Under the pieces are notes generated by a model that saw only the letters and a program-made list of their open reading frames with translations, had not been told where the DNA came from and ran no database searches. Positions 1-9,351 of a DNA stretch of 39,478 nucleotides are shown one piece after another. The stretch lies in the NCBI GenBank assembly GCA_001275005.1, contig JWZX01002564.1, positions 1 to 39,478 on the forward strand. Reading direction: 5' to 3'. This DNA comes from Chrysochromulina tobinii (Eukaryota). The stretch's first letter is position 1. Every line of letters begins with the position of its first letter. The translations under genes were made by a program, and so were the position numbers.

Positions 1-1174
1 CGCGGGGCGGCACGGCGGATGGCGGCGGCATCTCGGACGCGTGCGGGCGCATGGCCTCCGCGGCGCGGCGCGCGGCGCGCGCGGCCGAGAGGTCGTCGGG
101 GCGGAGAGTCGAGCTGAAGGACGCGTCGAAGCCGCGCAGAGTGGAGAGCGTCAGTTGGCGTGCATGCAAGAGGGCGAGCTCCTCACGAAACGCACTCCAC
201 AGCTTGGCGAGCGAGTCGAAGCGCGGGTAGACTTGCTCCTTGGGCACCGACGAGCGGTTGCCCACGAGCGTCTGCAGTTGCTGCATCTCCGACAGGAACA
301 TGCGCGAGAGCTCCTCCACGTGCGACGCCGCCTGCTTGAACGTACTCGCCAGTTCCATCAAGTACGACGCATACTGCCTACGGTTGGTCAACTCGGCCTG
401 CAGGCGGGCCGGGGCCGCCTCGCCCGCTGCGGGCGCGCGGTACTTGTGCGCGATGACGTCGACGTACTGGCCGCAAACCGTCTCTGCCTGCTGCAGCTCC
501 GCCGTCGCCGCCGTCGTCAGCTCGGCTGCGAGCGAGGCTGCCTGCATGTGCAGGTCGACAATACCCGCGCCGCCCTTGCCAATGTGTCGGTTGAAGAGGC
601 GGATGCCGAGGACGATGTTAGAGAGCTCGTGCAGCTGCGCGACCTTGTCCTCGTTGGGCAGCGCGGTGAATGCCTTGAGCCCGATGCGCGGGAAGACCGA
701 TTCGAGCGCCGCAGCGATCTCACGCTCCGCCGGCCGATCGGTTCCCGGCTCGAGGCCGGCGCGCACCACGAGGAAGTTGAGGATCTTCCGGTAGAGCGCA
801 GTGAGCGCCTCGACGTCATTGCCCGGCTTAAGCCGCGTCTCCGAGATTCCCGCCACCAGCCCACCCTCTTTGCGCTCGCGCTCGGCCCGTGCCTGCTCCA
901 GGGCCTCGCCTTCTTGCAACCGCGCCGCGTCCAGCGCCACCTGCATCTTTACGGTTTCTAACGGTGGCGAGTCGGCTTCGCACAACCTCTCGCACGCCAT
1001 CTTAATCAGCTCCTGCACGTCCGACTCGTTGAGCTCCTTGTCGAGCGGGAATTTGTCGGCATTCTCAAGCACGACCGCACGGGCCATGAACGCAGAGAGT
1101 GTGTCAGACACCTGCACATTGCGCACGCGGCAGATGAAGACGATCTCCTGCACGATGCGGCGGATGGCTTCCAT
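1..1174 (-). CDS. CFAP206: Cilia- and flagella-associated protein 206 (C6orf165 family), 3'-truncated by the window edge
   Basis: Not in the ORF track because there is no stop inside the window. Translated by hand from ATG at 1174: MEAIRRIVQEIVFICRVRNVQVSDTLSAFMARAVVL...ETVKMQV...LTALYRKI...EREIAAALESVFP...QLHELSNIVLGIRLFNRHIGKGGAGI...ELTNRRQY...SSVPKEQVYPRF. These are the characteristic CFAP206 blocks. Confidence 0.88.
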   Translation of the reverse strand, partial: MEAIRRIVQEIVFICRVRNVQVSDTLSAFMARAVVLENADKFPLDKELNESDVQELIKMACERLCEADSPPLETVKMQVALDAARLQEGEALEQARAERERKEGGLVAGISETRLKPGNDVEALTALYRKILNFLVVRAGLEPGTDRPAEREIAAALESVFPRIGLKAFTALPNEDKVAQLHELSNIVLGIRLFNRHIGKGGAGIVDLHMQAASLAAELTTAATAELQQAETVCGQYVDVIAHKYRAPAAGEAAPARLQAELTNRRQYASYLMELASTFKQAASHVEELSRMFLSEMQQLQTLVGNRSSVPKEQVYPRFDSLAKLWSAFREELALLHARQLTLSTLRGFDASFSSTLRPDDLSAARAARRAAEAMRPHASEMPPPSAVPPR

Positions 1175-1439
1175 GCTAGCCCTAGTTGATGACCGACGGG
1201 GCTCTGCTCCGCTTGCACAGCGCAGCCCCGATGCAGGACAAGCAAGGGGCCGGAACGCAAAAAAAAATACAACGGAGAGAGAGCGAGGAAGCGCCGTGTC
1301 GAGCTCTTCATGAGTCATGTTCACGATAAGGACACATGTACGTGAAATAACAAAGAACTTGATTAGATATTCAACCTTCTTTCTCTTTGAGAACTACAGT
1401 ACTTGCGGGAAGTAATGTGCCTTTCATCGCGATACTTCC

Positions 1440-3077
1440 ATGAGTGCCTCCGGCCCCAACGCGTCCGAACCTGAGGCGGTGCGGCTCCAGCACGAAAAGG
1501 AGCTGAAGCAGCTGCGCGACACGTTCACCGCCCGCCTCGAGGGCTTTGCCGGCGAGGTTCTTGATTCCTACCTCGCTGGACACGATTGGGAATCGGCGTT
1601 TGCCTCGTTCTTCGCGGAGCATTGCTACGTCTTCGCGCGCTTTTCTGCCGCCGCGGGCGACTTTGAGCTCCGCATGACCGCCATCCACGAGCAGTTCCTG
1701 GTGACGCTCGATGGGCTGCTTGACGTGCAGCTTGCACGCCTCGACCTTTCGGCGGAGCGCGCAGCACGACTGCTGAATGGCGGCAGTGGCGGCAACGATT
1801 GCGGTGTTTGCAGCAAAGCGCTCGTCGAAGCGCGGCGGCGGCTCGACAGGCTGAGCGACTTCGTCACGTTTGGAGAGATGATGCGCGAGCGCCACGAGCA
1901 GCGGCTGGCTGCTGTGGCCGCCGCGAGCACCTCGCGCGCCGCTAGCAGCACGAGCGAGACGGCCGTGCGGCACACGCGCGTGCTGTGGGATTTTGAGAAT
2001 GTCGGAGTTCCCTCAGGCATCGACCCCTTCGAGGCCGTGTGTGCGCTCGAGCGCTGGCTCGAGGCGCGCGGCCTGTGGGGCGCGGGCATCGACTCGTCCA
2101 TCACGGCCTTCTTTGAGCCGGATTCAGTTGGGAGGCCGCTGCGCAAGGCGCTCGACCGCGCAGGTGTGGAGCAGGTGCTCGCATCGTCCAAGCGCGAGGA
2201 CGCCGATCGCAAGCTGAACGCTCGGCTAGAGCGAGACCTTGCACTGCTCCCGAGCGGCGCGGCCACCGCTGCAGTCTTCATCACGTCGGACACAGATTTC
2301 ATTCCACAGCTCCGCCGACTCAAGCAGCGCGGCGGGCCGACGGTGCTGCTCACCACGGCGCCCCACGGCTCGCAGCACTACAGCGCGCTCGCGTTGGCGG
2401 CGACGGAGACGCATTCGTGGCAGGCCATCGTGCGCAGCAGCAGCAGCGGAGGGCAGACCGTCGCGGCAGCTTCCAAGAGCGTCGGCAGCATTGCCGTCGT
2501 TGATGGCGGCGGCGCTCCTGGCAGTAGCGCCGCAGGCAGTAGCGACGCCGGTTCAGTCGGGGGCGCGGGATTTGGCGCGGCCCTGGCAGACAGCGCGAGC
2601 GGCAGCGCCAAGGACAAGGCGGCCTCCGTGGCGGCCGCCGACGCCTCCGTACCCACCACGGCGCCCGGCATCAGCTCCTCCCCGCCACCAAGCAGCCAAT
2701 ACAAAGCAGGTGTACGCTATGAGGCCAAATGTACGTACTGGGATGGGCGGGGCGGCTGGGGGCGCCTGGCGGTGCAGGATGGCGGCACGCTCTTTGTGCA
2801 CAATACAGCGCTGCGCGCTGGCTGCGGCCATGGCAAGCGACGTTCGCTGCGGCGCGGTGACCTGGTCTCCTGTGCTGTCGGTTCGAATACCAAGGGGCCC
2901 CTCGCCATCGACGTCGAGCTAGTCGCGCGTGCAGCTGGCGCGGACGAAGAGGTGGATGGCATCGACAAGGACGACGCCGGCGCGGAAGGCTCAGCGGGCC
3001 CCGACGCGGCTGGTAGCTCGGCCAAAGGCTCGGAGCCAGGGCGGAGCCGGAGGGTGACTCGGACTGTGCCGAAATGA
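1440..3077 (+). CDS. BART (ARL2-binding, CFAP36-like) + NYN ribonuclease + cold-shock domain fusion protein, 545 aa
   Basis: Single ORF. BART-like ~1550-1900 (YLAGHDWESAFASFFAEHCYVF, MTAIHEQFLVTLDGLL, SDFVTFGEMM). NYN ~1970-2430 (VLWDFENVGVP, KREDADRKL, FITSDTDF). CSD ~2715-2930 (CTYWDGRGGWGRL, LFVHNTAL, LRRGDLVSC, KGPLAIDV). Confidence 0.85.
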   Translation: MSASGPNASEPEAVRLQHEKELKQLRDTFTARLEGFAGEVLDSYLAGHDWESAFASFFAEHCYVFARFSAAAGDFELRMTAIHEQFLVTLDGLLDVQLARLDLSAERAARLLNGGSGGNDCGVCSKALVEARRRLDRLSDFVTFGEMMRERHEQRLAAVAAASTSRAASSTSETAVRHTRVLWDFENVGVPSGIDPFEAVCALERWLEARGLWGAGIDSSITAFFEPDSVGRPLRKALDRAGVEQVLASSKREDADRKLNARLERDLALLPSGAATAAVFITSDTDFIPQLRRLKQRGGPTVLLTTAPHGSQHYSALALAATETHSWQAIVRSSSSGGQTVAAASKSVGSIAVVDGGGAPGSSAAGSSDAGSVGGAGFGAALADSASGSAKDKAASVAAADASVPTTAPGISSSPPPSSQYKAGVRYEAKCTYWDGRGGWGRLAVQDGGTLFVHNTALRAGCGHGKRRSLRRGDLVSCAVGSNTKGPLAIDVELVARAAGADEEVDGIDKDDAGAEGSAGPDAAGSSAKGSEPGRSRRVTRTVPK

Positions 3078-3359
3078 TCAGCTCCGAGATCAACACTCAT
3101 TCTAAGCGAGAGTCTGTCCGATAACTCATGTAATGTGGATATGGACTATGGAGTATGGACTATCCGACGCGCGACGGATCACAACTATTGTGCAGACCCT
3201 GAAATCAAATGTATTTTCTATGATTTTTCGGCCGTTCAAAGTTGGGACTTTCTGTTGTGACCAGTCTTTGGATCGAAATTCAAACGTAATCACACTGGAA
3301 TCCTGGAGTGTGATTGCCTCGGAGAGAGGGAGGGAGCAATTTCGTCGCGTCGTACAGAA

Positions 3360-4025
3360 ATGGACGACGCGGACGAGAAGAACAACATATCGGATGTGGC
3401 CGCGGACGTGCATATTTCGCTGATTGGTTCACTGAGCACCGCGTCGTGGGCTTTGGTGGCCGTTTTGGCTCTTGGGGCGCTGCTGCTGCTGCGAGACTGG
3501 CACAGGCTAGCACGGCGGCGGCAGCGGGCGTGCTGCGTGCCACTGCGCGTGGAGCCAGGCGGCCGGCTGAGCGTGTGCCTGATCAGCTCGCGGAAACACC
3601 CCGAGCGCTGGACGTTCCCAGCAGGTGGCGTTGAGCGCGGCGAGCGGCACGCCGAGGCCGCTCTCCGTGAGACTCGAGAGGAGGCTGGCCTAACTGGACG
3701 CCTCGGCAGCCGCATCTGCGAGGTGGCCGATGACAAATCTATTACGCTCGTGTTCGCCCTTCATGTGGAGGCGGAGCTCCCTACGTGGGACGAGATGCAC
3801 GAGCGCGAGCGTCGCTGGTTCAGCTTGGGGGCGCCGGGCACGCCGTCCGCACGCCCAGCATTCGCTGCGGTGCGTGAGCTCCTAGTCAAAAAGAAGACGA
3901 CGAATCAAATCTTTGATGAGTGCGAGCGCTCCAGCAGAGCGCTGCAGCAAGAGAGCGAGCAGCACGAAGTTACGTGGGGCCCTCCACCAGCGCACAGGCA
4001 GCGACGAGCAGTGGTAAAACACTGA
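3360..4025 (+). CDS. Nudix hydrolase, diphosphoinositol-polyphosphate phosphohydrolase (DIPP/NUDT3-like), with N-terminal membrane anchor
   Basis: Complete Nudix box GGVERGERHAEAALRETREEAGL. DIPP-type blocks RQRACCVP, CLISSRKHPERWTFPAGG and WDEMHERERRWF. Hydrophobic segment SWALVAVLALGALLLL precedes the domain. Confidence 0.85.
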   Translation: MDDADEKNNISDVAADVHISLIGSLSTASWALVAVLALGALLLLRDWHRLARRRQRACCVPLRVEPGGRLSVCLISSRKHPERWTFPAGGVERGERHAEAALRETREEAGLTGRLGSRICEVADDKSITLVFALHVEAELPTWDEMHERERRWFSLGAPGTPSARPAFAAVRELLVKKKTTNQIFDECERSSRALQQESEQHEVTWGPPPAHRQRRAVVKH

Positions 4026-4376
4026 TCAGTGATTTGATGCATTTGACACGCGGCACGTGCCGTCACTCTCCGGTGCCGATCGATCCCATCGAGCTGAGGC
4101 CTGAGCCCACAGGGTGGTGCAGTGCTGTAGCGTTCCCATCGCGCGAGAGAGCACGTGCGCTGCGCGCGCTGCTGCGCTTCGCACTTTGCTTGAGCGTATC
4201 TCATCCTGATCTCATCTGCATCTGGCACATATGAGACTGTCATCTATCGAAAAAACGGAGTTACTTCTCTCCGGCTTCTTGTACTGTACCGTCGCGCCTT
4301 CTTCAAACAGTTGCAAAACATTCATAGATGTTGAGCCATCATTCACGCCTCGTTCACAGAGAGCACCGAGGTTCAC

Positions 4377-6881
4377 ATGCCGCGGCTTCGCCTCCGCACG
4401 CTTGTCAAGCTCATTGTGGCGACGTATGTTCTCTTCGTAGTCATCCTTCGATTCCTGCCCACTGGCGGCCGTGCGCTTCGCCCTGGAGCGGATTGCGCAG
4501 GCTCTATTCGTGCAGTGCGGCAGGAGCGGTCCAATCCAGGCTGCATCATGTGTTCTAGCCTCATGGACGATGCACGCCAGCAGATACGGCAAAGGTGCTC
4601 GCTGCCGTATGATGACCTCGTGCGGCTGATTGAATCCGACGGAGGCGATGCGGTGGCCATTTCGAGTGGCGGTGGGACGCGGATGCTCGTCAGCAGCCGG
4701 CGAGACTCTCGCTCATGCGGCGGCCTAGAGCTGCTGCGCGAGATCCTTCACGAGCACGCCTCAGCGACCATGCCTGACGAGCACGCCGAGTGCGAGTTAC
4801 AGCGCCAGCTTCAGCGCATCGCTTCGGAGCTCGGCCGTTCGCTTTCACCGCCAATGGGTGCTGGTGGCGAGAAGGTGTCAAGCTCGGGAGCGTTCACGTT
4901 GTTGCAGGATTGCACCGAGCCTCCATGCTGCCCACACGAGATGCGAACGTTGGCCGCCGAGAACCCGCACGCGGCGCTCTTCGTCGCTCAGGACGGCGGC
5001 CGCAAGGCTGGCGCCGGCGCCGCGAGTGTGGTCGAGATCCCTCCCAATCTGTGGTCGGTGGAGTCCGTTCGGGACATCGAGTCGTTGCAGAAGCGACGGC
5101 GAGCAGCGAGAGGATGCGGCGGCAGCTGCTTCACGTTGCAGATCGCGCATGCACTCCAAGCTCATCCGCTCCACAGCAGCCCCATTGCAGCGCCGAGGAC
5201 AGTCAAGGGGGGCACCGGCGGCGGCTCGCCACAACGCCGCTTGCAGTGGATGGGTCGTCAGGAGCTGGCAGAGGCACAAGAGGCCGAGGCGGCGGCGCGC
5301 CAGGGGGCTCATTCGGGTCTGCTCAACGCTGCACGACGCGCTGCGGGAGGGCACACGGTCGTCGCTGCACGGGATGGGCGGGCTGTGTCCGGGCCGGCTG
5401 CCCGTACCGAGCCGCTCCGAATTCTTGAAGACGCTCGAAGTCGCTCGGAGGCACGATCACACTCACCTCTTCCATGGTCGGCTGCGCAAGCGGCGGCGGG
5501 AACGGCGGCGGCGGGAGCACCCTCTCCCCCGAGCGGCGCATGGGTTGACGCTGGGGCCACAGCCGACCCGAGCGCCGATACGAGCGCCCACGACGCGGCG
5601 TATGCTGACGTCGACGCGGATGCCCAAAGGGCAGCGGCCCACTCGGCGGCGCTAGGACACGTTCTGCTCGCTGCGAAGCGAACGCTGCTCGTCGCGCCTG
5701 CCGCTGAGGCGATGAGTGCGGCACTTGAGCACGCGCGCTCACGTGGACTACCCGTCTCCCTTGTGCAGCGGCTTCGCGACCTACTTCCCTACCGTACCGC
5801 ACAGGAGATGCAAACTTGGCTCGATGCCTCGGCAAGGGCAGCGCTGCAGGCGGACGCCGAGCGCCGTGGCGAGCACGCGGCCAACGAGCTCAACGAGCTC
5901 AAGTTCGATCGACTTGGCGGAGACGCGCAGCGGGCGGCGCACGCGAGGGGGCTGCTCCTTGTGCTCGTGAGGGCCGCTGCGCGGCGAGACCCAAGCTCGG
6001 CTCTCACGACGGGCAGCGCGCACGCGCGCACGGGCAGCAGCGTAGCCGCCTCCGCCGCGTGCGCGCCTCTGCCCCAAGGGGCCGTCTGTCTCGCTGCTGC
6101 GTCCGCAGCCGCTGCGGGTGGGATGCTGCTCACAACGGCGCTCAAGCTGCAACTCGTGCCACGCACGATCTGCCGTCTTCGCACTGCGCTGGCCGCCGCC
6201 CCGTTGCTCGCCGACTCTCGTCCTCGGACGCGCCTCTGGCAGATCACTGGCGCGCAGCTCATCGCAGCCCGCAGTGCTACAGGAGAACCAAACTCGGCTG
6301 GAGCGTCGTCCCGAGCGTCGTCCCGAGCGTCGTCCCGAGCGTCGTCGTCGGTGGCGAGTACCGGTACGAACGCGTCGGCGCCGTCGCGGCTCGACGCCTT
6401 GATGCCCGCGGCCGCGGACGTGATCGAAGCTCTCGAGGCAGCAGCGGCCGAGCTGCAGCGGCGCGGGCTGTGTGCAAATCCAGAGCATCCGATCGTCGTC
6501 AACGGCCCGACCGGTGCCGCACGCCGCGTGGCAGCCTGTGCGGTGCGATCTGCGCCCAGGAGCGGGGCCTCCGCGGCGACCTCCTCCTCCACACACTGCG
6601 CCTCGCCTCTCGTTCAGTGTGCTGATGGCACGTGTCAGCCCACCTTCCTCCACTGCTATCGGGCGCTCACATCGACAGCCCACCCGGCGTCCATGGGCTT
6701 GGCCGCCGAGCTGCCCGACTTGCTTGCCCACGTGCTGCCGGCGTGCGCCTCGCCTCAGAGGCGGCGGAGGCTCGAGGAGGCCTTGCCCGAGGCTGCCAAC
6801 CTCCTGAGCGCCCTCGCCTCCTTTGACGCGGCGACGCGCGAACTCTTCCCAACTCTGTGCCCCGCTTCGATGCCGTTGTAG
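4377..6881 (+). CDS. Hypothetical Ala-rich protein with N-terminal signal anchor and Cys-rich patches, 834 aa
   Basis: Long ATG-initiated ORF. Hydrophobic N-terminus LVKLIVATYVLFVVILRFL. Cys motifs CIMC and QCADGTCQPTFLHC. No family recognised. Confidence 0.6.
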   Translation: MPRLRLRTLVKLIVATYVLFVVILRFLPTGGRALRPGADCAGSIRAVRQERSNPGCIMCSSLMDDARQQIRQRCSLPYDDLVRLIESDGGDAVAISSGGGTRMLVSSRRDSRSCGGLELLREILHEHASATMPDEHAECELQRQLQRIASELGRSLSPPMGAGGEKVSSSGAFTLLQDCTEPPCCPHEMRTLAAENPHAALFVAQDGGRKAGAGAASVVEIPPNLWSVESVRDIESLQKRRRAARGCGGSCFTLQIAHALQAHPLHSSPIAAPRTVKGGTGGGSPQRRLQWMGRQELAEAQEAEAAARQGAHSGLLNAARRAAGGHTVVAARDGRAVSGPAARTEPLRILEDARSRSEARSHSPLPWSAAQAAAGTAAAGAPSPPSGAWVDAGATADPSADTSAHDAAYADVDADAQRAAAHSAALGHVLLAAKRTLLVAPAAEAMSAALEHARSRGLPVSLVQRLRDLLPYRTAQEMQTWLDASARAALQADAERRGEHAANELNELKFDRLGGDAQRAAHARGLLLVLVRAAARRDPSSALTTGSAHARTGSSVAASAACAPLPQGAVCLAAASAAAAGGMLLTTALKLQLVPRTICRLRTALAAAPLLADSRPRTRLWQITGAQLIAARSATGEPNSAGASSRASSRASSRASSSVASTGTNASAPSRLDALMPAAADVIEALEAAAAELQRRGLCANPEHPIVVNGPTGAARRVAACAVRSAPRSGASAATSSSTHCASPLVQCADGTCQPTFLHCYRALTSTAHPASMGLAAELPDLLAHVLPACASPQRRRRLEEALPEAANLLSALASFDAATRELFPTLCPASMPL

Positions 6882-7091
6882 TCGAGAGTCATAGTTGTTG
6901 TAGCCGAGCGTCATAGTATATTATAACCGCTGGTCCCCCCGACAGGCTCAGACCGCATGCATGCAACCAAAAAATGGGCGGTCTTTCGTACATGTAGCAA
7001 GCGGAAAAGAGTTTGCTGTGTTTCGTCGTTTCGCGACGGTCGCGCGGATGGGACGCAAGGTGGTGCCACAAAACGGACGCTGGGCACGCCG

Positions 7092-8648
7092 ATGCGACAA
7101 AGCGCCTCGCTGCCATCAATACGTGGGCGGCCGGAGTTAGGATCGTATCCGTTCCTCGATCACAACCTATGCAACGTATCAGCAGTTCAGGAACGCTTGC
7201 GTGACGCTCAGCTGCAGCGGCGGCGTGAGAAGTTGTGTCGGGTCGAAGCGAGCCGGGTCGAGCGCGCAACGCAGCGCATCAAATGGGGCGGCATAAAGGC
7301 AGACAGCGATGCAAGAGCCGCCAGGCGAAGCGCCGCGCTTGCACAGCAGGTGCTCGAGACCCGATCGCGTATCAGCGTGCAGCTTGCGATCATGAAGTCG
7401 AGCTTGCGAGAGGAGCAGGCGCAACTACTGGCTCCCATTCAAGACATGGCGGATGCGCACGAGGAGGCATGCTATGTGAGGAGGAGCGTCGCTCGAGAGC
7501 GTGTGGTAATGGCGGCCTCGAAGGTAGCAGCCATTTGCGATGCAGCGGCTTCTCAAGTACGACAGGAATTGGTGGCGAGGTCGCGACTGCGCCACTCAAT
7601 GATCGAGTCGGATCGCATGCACGCGGAGGCCATCGCGGCTGCCGAGATGCGCGGGCCGAGGCGTGAACGGATACAGCCAAAGGGGCTGATGGCGGAGGAT
7701 GGGTGGGCACATAGGCAGGCACGCAGGCAGGCGGCAGCGGAGCAGGCAGAGGCAGCGACACGGCTACAGGCGGCCATCCGCGGCAAGAACGAGCGACGAT
7801 GCAGCCTGCGTGTCCGTACGGCGGTGCAGCGGCGGATCACGGCCGAGGTCCAGCTGGCTGGTGCGACCGACGAGCTGGCAGCTGCGGAGAAGGCTGCGAC
7901 TGCGGAGCGCGCGTTAGAGCTCGCGCAGGTGGCAGAATGGAGGAGGCACGCTCATTCATCTACTCGTATGAATAGAACAATAGAAGCAGAAGAACAAGCG
8001 GCCATGACGCGTGTCGAGGAGGCGGATGCGTTGGTCCATGCCATGGAGGCGCGTGTGAAGGAGGCACGCGCGAAGGTGAAGGCGGCAACGGCTTTGGAGG
8101 AGTCGTTGGCAAGCGCTGACGAGGAGGAACGCCGGCGAAGGGCCGCTGAGGCACTTGCAGAGGCGGCGCGTGCGGAAGCAGAGGCAGCCAAGGAGGCAGC
8201 GATCCTGGCGGAAATGGAGGAGTTGCGTGTGCTGGACCTCATGGCGCAGCGCAAGCGGACCGACGCGAAACGAAAAGAGTTCAACGCGGAGATTGAACGG
8301 ACCAAGGCGCACTTGGCCGAACAGACACGGCGGCGCAAGATGAGGGAAGAAGCAATTAAGGCAGAAGCGAAGGCGGGAGCTAAGGCAGTGCTCGATGCGA
8401 GTACGGGACAAGCTCATGCGGAGATGAGGCCCTGGACACGAACGGGGAGCGCGGAGGAGCCGACTTGCCCCATAGCAGCGCAGATGCGGGAGCGACGCGT
8501 GCAGCTTGAGCCTGGCTTGGGGCCGACGCGCTCGAAGAAGAAGGGTATAAAGAAGGATAAGCTGGCTCTGCCCGGCCTGAATAAGGATAGGGCCCGCACA
8601 GGAAAAGGCGGTCAAGGCGAACCGCCCCCGGTTACGGCTTCCCTTTGA
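7092..8648 (+). CDS. Coiled-coil protein with one IQ-like calmodulin-binding motif
   Basis: Part of ORF 6957..8648. The start is uncertain (ATG 7092, MRQSASLP, preferred). E/A/R-rich helical composition and IQ-like AATRLQAAIRGKNERR. Confidence 0.65.
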   Translation: MRQSASLPSIRGRPELGSYPFLDHNLCNVSAVQERLRDAQLQRRREKLCRVEASRVERATQRIKWGGIKADSDARAARRSAALAQQVLETRSRISVQLAIMKSSLREEQAQLLAPIQDMADAHEEACYVRRSVARERVVMAASKVAAICDAAASQVRQELVARSRLRHSMIESDRMHAEAIAAAEMRGPRRERIQPKGLMAEDGWAHRQARRQAAAEQAEAATRLQAAIRGKNERRCSLRVRTAVQRRITAEVQLAGATDELAAAEKAATAERALELAQVAEWRRHAHSSTRMNRTIEAEEQAAMTRVEEADALVHAMEARVKEARAKVKAATALEESLASADEEERRRRAAEALAEAARAEAEAAKEAAILAEMEELRVLDLMAQRKRTDAKRKEFNAEIERTKAHLAEQTRRRKMREEAIKAEAKAGAKAVLDASTGQAHAEMRPWTRTGSAEEPTCPIAAQMRERRVQLEPGLGPTRSKKKGIKKDKLALPGLNKDRARTGKGGQGEPPPVTASL

Positions 8649-8675
8649 GTGTGTGCAGTGTGAAACATGTGCGAG

Positions 8676-8996
8676 ACAGATGACAGTGGCTAGACAGTGG
8701 CCGCGTGAGGCCTGCTAGGCCACACCCCAGGTCCCGGAGGCATGCAGTCACATGCATTCCCAACCACCGACTGTGTTTACCAAATTAGTGTGTAACGGGC
8801 TGAGCGCGAGCCCGCCAGTTTGTTGTGCAGTAAGATTCCCGCGCCGCTAAGGCAGCCGGGTCTCATGGCTACCCCCTGGAAATACACGGGGCAGTTGGTG
8901 CCGCGAGCCAAGCAAGCCGGTGGGACGGCTGCGCTCGAGCACCCCGCACGCGGTGGCGTTTCTTACGTGTATAACGTGTAACGTGTAAGAAACGAG
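8676..8996 (+). mobile_element. Possible non-autonomous retroposon (SINE-like/RTE-derived) or structured ncRNA
   Basis: Flanked by near-identical direct repeats AACATGTGCGAG (8664-8675) and AACATGCTGCGAG (8997-9009). Contains several hairpins and a short TAACGTG repeat near the 3' end. The class assignment is inference. Confidence 0.35.
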
Positions 8997-9351
8997 AACA
9001 TGCTGCGAGTTGTCAGTGCGGTGTGAGGCTTTGGCCGTCGCGGCGTGGTCGCGCGCCGCGCGGCGTACCCGCTACCCCGCTAGAGGGAGTTCGAGACTTC
9101 GAGTTCGGTCAGTTGTGACGGTTGAGACTCTTGAGTGGACCGAGATATGGTTTCGCTGCACTAGAGAGCTAGCTAGGCCGCACGGCACAAGCGTGTGCAC
9201 AAGGTAGCTATACTACGCATGTATTCAAATTCGAAATGGCCGCGCTCTGCGGCGCCGCCGCCGGGGGTAAACGTAAAGCGGATTCTGGCTAGCTTTAAGC
9301 TAAGCTAAAAAGCTTTGGTGCTGCCCAACCACAGGCATTGGGCCTCACCCC

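Noticed and set aside
41..961. 306-aa plus-strand ORF
   Set aside because: Antisense shadow of CFAP206 with a GTG start and no recognisable motifs.
4530..4830. Saposin-like domain in the 834-aa protein
   Set aside because: CxxC is present, but the remaining Cys spacing could not be matched convincingly.
8720..8900. SRP RNA, RNase MRP or Sm snRNA
   Set aside because: Only fragmentary resemblances (CAGGTCCCGGAGG, ACACGGGGC, antisense AATTTGG); the other required conserved motifs are absent.
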